From Hormiphora californensis (lineage: Eukaryota > Animalia > Ctenophora): a stretch of DNA of 64,000 nt. The translations under genes were made by a program, and so were the position numbers. The stretch spans positions 6,262,001 to 6,326,000 of the forward strand of contig CM035359.1 of the NCBI GenBank assembly GCA_020137815.1, read 5' to 3'. The notes below the pieces were generated by a model. It worked only from the letters and a program-made list of their open reading frames with translations, was not told where the DNA came from and searched no databases. How positions within the stretch are numbered: position 1 is the stretch's first letter; every line of letters begins with the position of its first letter. Below, piece after piece: positions 1-10,800 of this stretch.

Positions 1-1119
1 GTACACCTGATTTATGGCTCGGAGTATTGCAAAAAGCAGTTACAGTGGCTAACGAGCATTCCTTGTGCATTGTTCGGAGTAGTTACGGCAACTGGAAGTG
101 GAATATCTTCTCTCTCGATGGCATTTTTAAGTTGCTTTCGGCTCCGTGGAACCTTTCGTGCGCTGGAATTCCAGAGGGCAGTTGAAGTTAGCATTGGATT
201 TAAAAGAAAGATATACTCTATCCAGTGTGGGATTGTGCTCTTGTCAGGATTGATTGCCTCCATCCCACTTATTCCGTCCCTTGAGAATATGTTTGTGAAT
301 GGGTTCGTTTACCCTGTTAACATTAATCTCTTCACTGGGATAGTAGACAAAGTGAAACACTCGGCCATTATCCAGGGGTATATGGGCAAAGAAACCAACA
401 CTAGATCGTCCAGCCGTGGGACGCTGAGCTGGGAAGTCATCAGACGGGCAGTTAGGGCCATGTTTACCAATGATGAAACGGAAAAGGGGGTCCAGGGGGC
501 AAAGCAGTCATTTTACGGTAATGATGCCTCGTGTATCTTCAAGTACTTTGTTCTTTGGAGTGAGCCGCAAGCAGGGTTCGTATGGGGTTTGGGTCTTGTC
601 ATACACTGCCTGTGTTTCCTTGTCGTGGTAGTCTGTCACATTGGTATAGTTATCCTCACCAGCAGGGACAGTGATGTACCGTCAGTGGATGCTTCCAGTC
701 GGAATCGACACCTCCAGGGTAAAATTACATCGATAATCCTCACGGATTTCTGTTGCTGGGTCCCCTTTTTGGTGTGTTGTGTGCTTCACACGGCCGAGGT
801 GGTAGACATGACAGAATGGTACTCGACATTTTCCATTGCAATTCTGCCCCTCAACTCTGTACTGAATCCCATACTGTACACAGATCTATACAAAAAGTTT
901 GCGGAGTGGGCTTGTGCTATGGGCCATCTGGTAACAACAGCATTTGAAAAGTTTGCTGAACTGCCCATATTAGTAAGCCGTAAAACGGGGAATACGGAAG
1001 ATAGAAGTGCTGATGGAAAAAGCGAAGAAAATCAAATTGGAGAGGGAGAACAAGAAAACCGGATTACTATTGCTCAACCAACCAGAGTTGAGCTGTCTGG
1101 CGCCGCCGACCCGATCTGA
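1..1119 (+). CDS. 5'-truncated intronless rhodopsin-class 7TM GPCR (GRL101/LGR-like TM region), paralogue of 7842-10967
   Basis: Frame is open from base 1 (VHLIYGSEYCKKQLQWLTSIPCALFG...). TM3-TM7 hydrophobic segments are present, with TM6 TDFCCWVPF and TM7 LPLNSVLNPILY (NPxxY). It aligns block by block with the C-terminal half of the 7842-10967 ORF. Confidence 0.9.
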   Translation, partial: VHLIYGSEYCKKQLQWLTSIPCALFGVVTATGSGISSLSMAFLSCFRLRGTFRALEFQRAVEVSIGFKRKIYSIQCGIVLLSGLIASIPLIPSLENMFVNGFVYPVNINLFTGIVDKVKHSAIIQGYMGKETNTRSSSRGTLSWEVIRRAVRAMFTNDETEKGVQGAKQSFYGNDASCIFKYFVLWSEPQAGFVWGLGLVIHCLCFLVVVVCHIGIVILTSRDSDVPSVDASSRNRHLQGKITSIILTDFCCWVPFLVCCVLHTAEVVDMTEWYSTFSIAILPLNSVLNPILYTDLYKKFAEWACAMGHLVTTAFEKFAELPILVSRKTGNTEDRSADGKSEENQIGEGEQENRITIAQPTRVELSGAADPI

Positions 1120-1170
1120 GCGCACTGCATCAATTGAGAATCAAATTGGGGTATGGGCGCCGCCATACAG
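1093..1170. mobile_element. 78-bp MITE with 8-bp TSD, inserted at the GPCR 3' end
   Basis: Termini CTGTCTGGCGCCGCC...GGCGCCGCCATACAG, flanked by GAGTTGAG at 1085-1092 and 1171-1178. A related copy lies at 37386-37470. Confidence 0.85.
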
Positions 1171-1548
1171 GAGTTGAGTGATCCAAGAAGGTGAAGACAA
1201 AAAATAATTAAATAATTAATTAATATTAATTAAGCCTAATTAATATTAATTAAGGCTGATCTTGAGTAACAGAAGGGTCGAGAAGAATGAGACCTTTTAA
1301 ACTGAGATGCTTTTATGAAACAAACTGTATCATTTGTAAAGATATAATATGATGATAGTGGAACAGTTAATAAGTTCTAAGTACCTACTTGTTTAATCAA
1401 ATATGTTGGGGCTGTTTTTGTTATATATATTCCAACTGTTAATTAATATCCTATTTGTTTGAAACCGTTTCTTGTAAGGACATGGTGGGGGCCTTGGTAC
1501 CATTGCCACCTATTCTCAACCATGCCAATTATTGTCAATCACACCATT

Positions 1549-2517
1549 TCATCGTGTCTCTCTACTACTTCCATCACAATTCTTCCCGCCGCAGGAAGCA
1601 GTTGGATTTGAACATTCCCGTTCTCGTTCCGTCACACTCTCCTCGGTCTCGAAATCACAGTTGCACGCCCACTCATCCCACTCAGTCCAGCCACCATGGA
1701 TGGTCTTACAACATTCATCGTCACAGGACATGGTCTCCACCCCCTCACCCGTACCACTACTGCAGCTCTCTCCTCCACAGGCAGGGCTCGGACTGGTGCA
1801 TGTCTTATTTCGGAGCTTTGTTCCGGTTCCCGTGGTATGATCACAGGAACAGTTACCCCATGGTAACCAACCACTCCATCCTCCATGGACAATTTTACAG
1901 CAGCTGCTTGAGCAGTCGGCATAACTAGCTGTGCTACCAGAGCAGCTTGCTCCCCCACAGGAGGGCGCTGGACTGGTGCAGGATCTTGCCTTTGGGCGGT
2001 ATCCAGTTCCGGTAACATGGTTACAGACACAGCTAGAAGTGTAGCTCCAACCACTCCATCCTCCATTGACAGTTTTACAACAGCTGCTGGAGCAGTCGTC
2101 TCTACTAGTTGAGCTGCCAGAGCAGCTTGCTCCCCCACAGGAGGGCGCTGGACTGGTGCAGGATCTTACCTTTGGACGGTATCCAGTTCCGGTAGCATGG
2201 TCACATATACAGCTAGAAGTGTTGCTCCAACCACTCCATCCTCCATGGATAGTTTTACAGCAGCTGCTGGAGCAGTCCCGGTAAGAAGATGTAGACCCAT
2301 AACAGCCACTTCCACCACAAGTAGTTCTAGGGTTATTGCAGACCCGTGCTGTCGAGATGTACCCTGTCCCCAGTGCGTGGTTACAGTTGCATCCAGAGGT
2401 ATCAGACCAATCGCTCCAAGTACCAGTGTTGTAAGGGTTTCTCCTCCGCCTTCGACGACATCTCAATCCTGAACCTGTGATAGCCAGTAGAAGGAGGCCC
2501 ACAATTATTCGTTTCAT
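1549..2517 (-). CDS. Secreted thrombospondin type-1 (TSR) repeat protein, 5 repeats, coding region in a single exon
   Basis: Signal peptide MKRIIVGLLLLAITGSG, then RCRRRRRR, then five WSxWS...CxC..GTG...RxCxxPxPxCGGxxCxG repeats. The last repeat stops at ETR* without its final Cys. Confidence 0.85.
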   Translation of the reverse strand: MKRIIVGLLLLAITGSGLRCRRRRRRNPYNTGTWSDWSDTSGCNCNHALGTGYISTARVCNNPRTTCGGSGCYGSTSSYRDCSSSCCKTIHGGWSGWSNTSSCICDHATGTGYRPKVRSCTSPAPSCGGASCSGSSTSRDDCSSSCCKTVNGGWSGWSYTSSCVCNHVTGTGYRPKARSCTSPAPSCGGASCSGSTASYADCSSSCCKIVHGGWSGWLPWGNCSCDHTTGTGTKLRNKTCTSPSPACGGESCSSGTGEGVETMSCDDECCKTIHGGWTEWDEWACNCDFETEESVTERERECSNPTASCGGKNCDGSSRETR

Positions 2518-3067
2518 GATAGCAGCTGTGAAAGGGGATTAGCTTACTTAGCACAGGTTTTTATTCTTGATACAATAAAATATGTTCGAAGGCGGTATGT
2601 TAAAAAATAACTTATTCGTGCCTTAATAATATTATTATTAGCTTCGAAGTTACTGAAATAACAAATATAGAAAGTAATTCTTTCTGTCATCTGATCCCTT
2701 TATATTGCTCTTCTTTTGCTACTCATTTTAAGACTTAGCATTCATTGAAAAGTACATATATTTGTATATTTTGGTGCTGGCGCTGATCACCATCAGTCAT
2801 CAGATCACACCCGGGCAAGATATTTTGGTGCTGGGATATTGTGATATCACATGATAACTCTTGAATGAGTGGCCCTCGCAGGGGGAAGCAATAAAATCAA
2901 CTCACTGAAAAGTCACGAGACTATATATAGCTGCAACGTACAATATTCACATAGATGTGAATATTGTACAGCCCCCATGATGGATATTATATTCTAGTAT
3001 ATGTGCTTGGAGTGGGGGTCACTGGGGGACCTCCAATTAACTGGTCTAGTATCAATCTACTGAGTGT

Positions 3068-3380
3068 TTTATCCAACTTCATATTACCTCACACATGCAC
3101 ATAAATAACACTTGGGTAGGAATATCTGCACCCACTGTTCTATCCAACTTCATATTACCTCACACATGCACATAAATAACACTTGGGTAGGAATATCTGC
3201 ACCCACTGTTCTATCCAACTTCATATTACCTCACACACATGCACATAAATAACACTTGGGTAGGAATATCTGCACCCACTGTTCTATCCAACTTCATATT
3301 ACCTCACACACATGCACATAAATAACACTTGGGTAGGAATATATCTGCCCCCACTGTTTTACACAACTTCATATTACCTT
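3068..3380. repeat. Tandem repeat, ~70-74 bp unit, ~4.3 copies
   Basis: Unit TATCCAACTTCATATTACCTCACACATGCACATAAATAACACTTGGGTAGGAATATCTGCACCCACTGTTC. Confidence 0.9.
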
Positions 3381-3465
3381 GCACTTTAATGTAATATGCC
3401 TTGGGTCAAGGGTTTTGGGTAGACTTATACTGCCCCAGCTGTACTCACACCTCCAATCTACTTAC

Positions 3466-3593
3466 TCGAATTCTATCATGCCATGGACAAATCCTCGACC
3501 ACAGGAGCAGGTTGTACTGGAATAGGTGGATCCCGTACCACAGAGGTGCTCACAGAAGCTCGGCTTGGAGTCGCAATCATCTCCACATTCGTC
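3466..3593 (-). CDS. Cys-rich internal exon, probably a downstream exon of the LDLa-repeat gene (21500->11351)
   Basis: Acceptor tttctcgcag|GAC and donor GA|gtaagt. Encodes DECGDDCDSKPSFCEHLCGTGSTYSSTTCSCGRGFVHGMIEF. Its phase-0 start matches the phase-0 end of exon 11351-11441 and completes ICDGSGDTINKE-DEC. Confidence 0.6.
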
Positions 3594-3671
3594 CTGCGAG
3601 AAATGTAGAATAAAGGAATGCCTTACTATGAATATTTGTATGAATATTTGTATGAATATATTAATTGTATA

Positions 3672-6543
3672 CAAGGTGGGCCACGGATTGTTGGTAAGGG
3701 TTAGCGAGTTGTCCCGTCAAAACGGTGATAGTTGCGAGAATAAAAATCATGGGAGCACTCTGGATCAATTTCTTGGTAACTTTTTCCATAATTTTTTGTC
3801 AAAAATTCGAAAATTCATTTTTCATTCCTTCATTCATTTCTCGTTCATTTATGATGTGAGCATCCTAATTTTCCATCATGGTGCTATTTTTCTTTGGCTT
3901 GAATTTATCTTTCCAACGAACACCATAAAAATGAAATTGAAGCACCAGGTCACGTTGCAGTTGAGAAAATGCTCATGCATGATTTTGGCTCTTCCTGCGA
4001 CTTTCAATGAGCTGTATCACGGCTCCCTTTTGTTCAATCTTTTTCAAAATTTGGGAGAACATTGGATAAACAAAGATCTTTGCTCACAAGAAAAATCAAG
4101 GTCAAAACTCAAAGTTCATTTTTCATTTTTGGTAGTTCATTCCACTCATTCAGGAACTAACATCCCTAAAGTCATGAAAAGTTTTGGGTTTTGTTTGGCC
4201 TATGCTCTGCAATGCCAGAGAGGTGTAGTAGCGTGTTTCCGGGCTAGTTTTTGGGTGTCCATGTGATCATGATGATACCTGACACCTTATTTGGGCCATA
4301 ATTAAGAGATTTTCTCAAGTTGAAGCATGTGACTTGGGTTTTCTGTGATTGATATCGTGAAACAATGTTATGGGATCCCATAGCACCCCTAAAATGATGA
4401 TTAATTCAACAAAATGAGTTGATTTATTATTGAAAAGATTCAAACCGAAGACAAACTCAACTAAACGAACAATTTCGATCATAAATCAACTCATTTTGTT
4501 GAATTAATCATCATTTTAGGGGTGCTATGGGATCCCATAACATTGTTTCACGATATCAATCACAGAAAACCCAAGTCACATGCTTCAACTTGAGAAAATC
4601 GCTTAATTATGGCCCAAATAAGGTGTCAGATATCATCATGATCACATGGACACCCAAAAACTAGCCCGGAAACACGCTACTACACCTCTCTGGCTGGAGG
4701 GTGAGATTCCTTCCCACGCCCTTGAGATGCAGGCCGCGGCTAATGTCTATTTTTTTTAGATAGCAATAGTGTCCTACAGACCAGGCAGGGAATCTTCAGG
4801 GGTGACCCGGCATACCCCGGGGTAAACCATGAAGCTCTTGAACTGCCTGGAGCATCTCACATACCACTCCAAGGAAACAGAGCTGCCCTCCTTGGGTGGT
4901 GTGTTTTTCTCTCTTCCTTTCTCTAATCCGCTCATGACTCATCTCTCTCTGAATAGAGATACCCCCGGCCGGTATTACACCATCTCCCCAGCCTTGTGCA
5001 CTGGGCCAAAGTAGATGGCTAAATACCGGCCAAAACCCGTCCTCCAGCAAAAGTCCAGGCTGGAGGAGGTCTAATCTCAACTGGCCTTCCTCTACCTTCT
5101 GTCCACCTAGCCTCTGGACAGGTATAAAAGGTCTAACAAGCTAGGTCATAACTGGTTAGCTACCACCGACTCTCGGCAAAATTCCCACGCCGAGGTCGAG
5201 ATAAACTCAAGGGGTGTTTCCGTAGCCCAACAGGGAGAAACTACACTAACCAGTAGCCTCGCTACTACCTACGCTTCTTCAAAAGTCCATGAGAAGCGTA
5301 GGAGATTCCCAAATGGCGATTACCCCCCAAACGATGAAGGTAACAAACCAACATCATCACTCTACCAACAAACAAGCCTCCAAAAAAACCTGATCAACAA
5401 ACAGAACAAACCACTATCCCATGCTACAAAACAAATTTCTATGAGTGACGCACATAGATACCTAACCCACTAAACATTTCACACGCCAGAGTTCCGTTAA
5501 TTGGGAAGGAACCTGCCCTAACTACCCCATGAACGGCCGGACGCTGCATCTGCATCACGAACAAAAAGTGATGTTCCATGAACCCACATGGAGTACTGAT
5601 TACAAATCAGAGGTTGGCAGCGCAAAATCTACAAAGGTGCCATAGTCAATGGAGCGTCCGAATTGTCCTAGCCAAGGCCACATCTAGAGCGATCAATGCT
5701 GAGATGCCACTCACCAAGGGTCGCTGGAGATATCCGAGACTGGCACAATGTGAAAACAGTGCTGGTGCGGTCCTCTTCATGGGACCTGTTAAGATAGTTA
5801 TGGGAGACGATTCCACCCTTATCTCCAAAACCATGGACATAAGACGGAGGAAGAAAACTCTCCCGGGGGAAAGAGGAAACTCTGGAACCTGAGCTCCGTC
5901 CTTCTCGGGCGTGAGGAACTGGCTGCCGGACGGGATAAAATCACAAGTAGAGGATTGGAAGCGGAGGCGCATACAACAACAACAACAACAACCTCTCTGG
6001 CATTGCAGAGCATAGGCCAAACAAAACCCAAAACTTTTCATGACTTTAGGGATGTTAGTTCCTGCATGAGTGGAATGAACTACCAAAAATGAAAAATGAA
6101 CTTTGAGTTTTGACCTTGATTTTTCTTGTGAGCAAAGATCTTTGTTTATCCAATGTTCTCCCAAATTTTGAAAAAGATTGAACAAAAGGGAGCCGTGATA
6201 CAGCTCATTGAAAGTCGCAGGAAGAGCCAAAATCATGCATGAGCATTTTCTCAACTGCAACGTGACCTGGTGCTTCAATTTCATTTTTATGGTGTTCGTT
6301 GGAAAGATAAATTCAAGCCAAAGAAAAATAGCACCATGATGGAAAATTAGGATGCTCACATCATAAATGAACGAGAAATGAATGAAGGAATGAAAAATGA
6401 ATTTTCGAATTTTTGACAAAAAATTATGGAAAAAGTTACCAAGAAATTGATCCAGAGTGCTCCCATGATTTTTATTCTCGCAACTATCACCGTTTTGACG
6501 GGACAACTCGCTAACCCTTACCAACAATCCGTGGCCCACCTTG
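3672..6543. mobile_element. Palindromic (foldback) non-autonomous DNA element with Tc1/mariner-type ends, interrupted by a retroposon
   Basis: TA|CAAGGTGGGCC...GGCCCACCTTG|TA. The left arm 3672-~4427 is mirrored by ~4481-4694 plus 6002-6543, with a ~53-bp spacer. About 1.57 kb once the 4695-5990 insertion is removed. Confidence 0.9.
4695..5990 (+). mobile_element. Internally deleted RTE-like non-LTR retroposon (non-autonomous)
   Basis: 11-bp TSD ACCTCTCTGGC (4684-4694 and 5991-6001) and an (ACA)n 3' tail. Remnants resemble RTE ORF motifs: NGRTL (cf. WNVRTL), KIVMGD (cf. endonuclease IVMGDFN) and EELAAGRDK (cf. C-terminal ExLAxDRxxW). The family assignment is inference. Confidence 0.7.
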
Positions 6544-6560
6544 TACTTGGTTCGTCAGTG

Positions 6561-6747
<187 letters not shown>

Positions 6748-7133
6748 AAAGAAATGCCAAAAACTTAAAAAAGAGAAATGCCTCCATTTGCGATTCTGCA
6801 ACAAAGCATTTGGCATGTGGCTGGTAAGCACGTATTTACATTAAAATGGGGAGGGAAGACAATCAGTTTTAAGCTCGCGTCGCATCTAAGTGCAAACTCT
6901 GAGGTGAAGAGTTGCGGAGCTGATTTCTACTTCCTTTTCAGGCATTTTTTTTCTATATAATAGTCTGTTATACATCAGCCAGTTTTTTTTGTTTCTAATT
7001 TTATCAAAAGTTTTTGTATCTAAAGATCCGCCTCATGAGGCCAACCTTTAGAGATGATATGCTACTGTTATCTTGCGCTGCTGTCCCTGTCGGATATTGG
7101 CGGAATATAAACACGGCTATTATTTAAATTATA

Positions 7134-7813
7134 CAGGGTGTTCATTTTGGATCTTTACAAGCGTTGGGCTTCACCCAGAAAAAATTTGGCAAGATTATCA
7201 TATGAAACTTCATACTTGGACTATAATAGTCCAAGTATGAAGTTTCATATGATAATCTTGCCAAATAGAATAATTCTATACCCTCATTCAAGGTTCCTGG
7301 TGTTTTCGGAGCTCTAGCACTCCGGGAAGTGTGTTTTTGGCATCGAAACTACCAGAAGGAATTTTTTGCTGGTGCTGAGACTTCGCTAAAATGTTTTTTG
7401 GGTGTTTTCTATGTCAATCCCAAAGTTTCATGGATGTGTTATTCGGTCTCAAAATTTCGAAAAAAGTGGCTGAAAAGACTCTAAAACGGCTCAAAAATTG
7501 ACATTTTAGAGTCTTTTCAGCCACTTTTTTTGAAATTTTGAGACCGAATAACACATCCAATCACCATGAAACTTTGGGATTGACATAGAAAACACCCAAA
7601 AAACATTTTAGCGAAGTCTCAGCACCAGCAAAAAATTCCTTCTGGTAGTTTCGATGCCAAAAACACACTTCCCGGGGTGCTAGAGCTCCGAAAACACCAG
7701 GAACCTTGAATGAGGGTATAGAATAGTCCAAGTATGAAGTTTCATAAGATAATCTTGCCAACTTTTTTCTCGGTGAAACCCAACGCTTGTAAAGATCCAA
7801 AATGAACACCGTG
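7134..7813. mobile_element. Palindromic Tc1/mariner-type MITE, family A copy 1
   Basis: TA|CAGGGTGTTCATTTTGG...CCAAAATGAACACCGTG|TA. The whole element is an inverted repeat. It ends 28 bp before the GPCR ATG. Confidence 0.92.
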
Positions 7814-7841
7814 TACTTTACTAATAACTTTGATTCACAGC

Positions 7842-10800
7842 ATGGCTTATCTAATTCTCTTGCTACTTGTGGTTGCAGATGCTAAGGAGCAGTGTCCTGT
7901 CAAGGTAGTCGAGGGGTTCCTGAAGCGCTACTGCGAAGACACGGAAACCTTTCAGTGCATGGCGTCAGATCAGAAATACAGTGTCTTCAAGACCTACCGG
8001 TATCGGAGACTAAACTACGGTTTAGAGTTATCTCATGGCGAAGTTGGGTGGTATCAAGCATGTGGAATACTCCGTCCTGTCGGTTACACAGGAGAATTTA
8101 CCACCGATGTTCGCCTATCGGCGCCATATTGTGGCTACCTTTGCTACCTAAGGCTACCCTGGGCTACTCTGGGCATAGACGAATTTTTGGTCCAGGATAC
8201 CCCCTGTCAGGACTCAGATCATATGGAAGATTTAGAAGTGCATGGTTTTACTTTCAATATCGACCCGGATGCAATATGTAATGGGGTTTGTGACAATACC
8301 TGGGACATAGAGGGGCAGGGAACAATAAATAATCATTGGTGTTTGGATGAGATAGTCTGCGGGGGACTTCAGTATGGGGTGGCTACTTTTTCAGCTGGAT
8401 CATCCTTGCTCATTCTGCCCTGGGAAGGATCTAAAATGAGCATTGGTTTTGATGAAACTGACTACTATAATGATCCAGCATGGATTGGAATTGTGAAGTC
8501 GTCCGATTGGTGTGAGACATCTCCGAAATTCGGTGAGACTTACCAGTACCCTCTGTTCAATGGAAGTCGATGTTTTCCATTCACATTTACTAATCCACGA
8601 TTTGGATTCACAGAACGTCCGTATTGTAAGAACGGTTTTGATCAGACCAACTGCAGCGATCCTACCAGAGTTGCCGGGAAGTGTCTGATTCAAGGTTATC
8701 CCAGTACCGTGTCTACTATCATGACATGTCTCCCTGGAATGCATGGTGTTTGCGATGACGGCTTAGATCTAAAATGTGTTCAAATCAGCCCTTTCTGTAG
8801 GGTACATCGACACAAGCTGTGTGATACCACCACAAACTGTCCTCTGAGCCTTGACGAAACGATTCCGTTGTGTGACAATTTATCCAAGAAAACATGCAAA
8901 AGACTCTTCGCGGGCGAGTCGATTGCCCGGATCCCCTTTACTTGGGTAAGGGACGGCGTCATGGATTGTGCTAACGGAGAGGACGAAGCAGATGGTTGGC
9001 GCAGTTGTGGCGAGGCATCCACTTTCCGGTACTCAGAATCAGAATGTCTTGAAGTCTTTCTCTGTAGGGAACTTGGGACATTTAAAGAGCTGGAAAATGT
9101 GTGTGATGCATCAATGGATAGCTGTGGAAAGGAAAGGAGTACATGCGAGAAGTCTATGGAAGTATTAAAAACGTTCGATTCCCTTCTAAGGATCCATTCC
9201 CAAATCTTCGAACCGCTTTGTCTTCCTGGGCTAGAAGTTCATCGTGAAATGACTGACTATCACTGTCGTGTCTTGCAACTGTCTAAAAGAAAATTCCATG
9301 GCGAAACAAATTATACAGGAGTTCTCAGTATGAGACATCGAAGCTGTAGAAACCTCTTTGGGGAGATATTTGTTTTAATGAGTTGCCTAGGGCTTTGCGA
9401 TGACGCTACATGTCCAATTGTGAATGAAGTATTGAGTCATCTGAAATGCCCCAACATCCAGAGAAAAGTCTACGCACTAGACACCACTGGATCTCTCACG
9501 TTTGCTGTACAGGACCATGGAAAATTTCACAACGATTTCTTTCTCTGTGAAAACAAGTTGTGTGTTCCATTTGAGCATGTTTGCAACCTCAGGGACAATT
9601 GTGGGGATGGATCTGACGAAAAGAATTGTTCAAACAACTGGAGATGTGAAGATGGAGGAAAGTTCCTTGGTCTCGTTCAGAAATGTGATGGTAAAATCGA
9701 TTGTCACGACATTTCAGACGAATGCAATGAAGAGTGTTCAATGCAACTAATTCCCAGTACTGGATTACTTGTTATAGGTGGAATAATGGGAACCATAGGG
9801 CTGGTTTTGAACATTTACACCTTCATTAAGGGCGTCATTACTGTACGTGACCCGGAAATTAAAGAGGGTAAGTTCATGCAGAGTTGCATAGTACAACTTA
9901 TCTCCCTGGGAGATATGTTGATAAGTGGCTATTTGCTGACAATCATAACATACAGCCTTTCTAAAGGAGACGGGTTCTGTGCCACCAGACTAGTATGGGC
10001 AACAAGCTTGCCTTGTAAGGCACTTGGACTACTCACTACCACAGGATCAGTTCTGTCATCCCTGGCCATGGCCACACTCAGTATTTTGAGGTTGAATGGT
10101 GTTTTAAGATCCATCAACATGCGGACTAGTAACACTACGTCGAAAAGGTTACGCAACAAAATGATGGCATTTATGTGTGGGCTCGTGATATTTTCAGTCG
10201 TCCTAAGTATACTCCCTTTACTGGCTATTTTTGAGGACATGTTTGTGAACGGGCTATCGTATGGCAAGGGAGTTGGCCTCTTCCTGGGATCAGTATCAAA
10301 GAAAAAGCATCTGGAGGTGATACTTGGATACTTTGGTAGGACGCACAAACGTGATGGGATTGAGTTGTCCTGGGAATCCATACGGAAAGTTGTCGGAGAA
10401 ATGTTCTCCAGTGATATTGATGGGGTGGTTGGAAGTCGAGTTCCTTTCTATGCTAACCACCCAGTCTGCCAGTTCAAGTACTTTCTCACTCCAGATGATC
10501 CACAACTTCTGTTTGTCTGGTTGACCTTGGGACTTCTAATGACCTGCTTTGGAGTGGTAATCGTCTGTCACGGTGTTATTGCTTTCCTAATTACCCAAAA
10601 TAGCATGCCATCTTCCAGCCAGTACAGCAAGGTGCTCCAGCGGAAAGTGACAATGATTGTTCTGACCGATACCACCACATGGGTTCCCTTCCTGATTTTC
10701 TGTGCTCTCCACACCGCCCAGGTGGTCGACATGTCACCCTACTACCCAATCTTTTCCATCATCATCCTACCCTTCAACTCCGTCATGAACCCCTTGCTTT

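Noticed and set aside
3068-3380. CRISPR-like array
   Set aside because: Units are full tandem copies with no unique spacers, no cas genes, and the context is eukaryotic.
4695-4750. Compact HDV-like ribozyme at the retroposon 5' end
   Set aside because: A P1-like pairing (GAGGGT/GCCCTT) and GGCTAA are present, but no P3 or P2 partner could be assigned by eye.
3526-6539. 246-aa and 297-aa ORFs with near-identical sequence on opposite strands
   Set aside because: They are the two arms of a palindromic element. No start context or domain, and the ORFs run across element boundaries.
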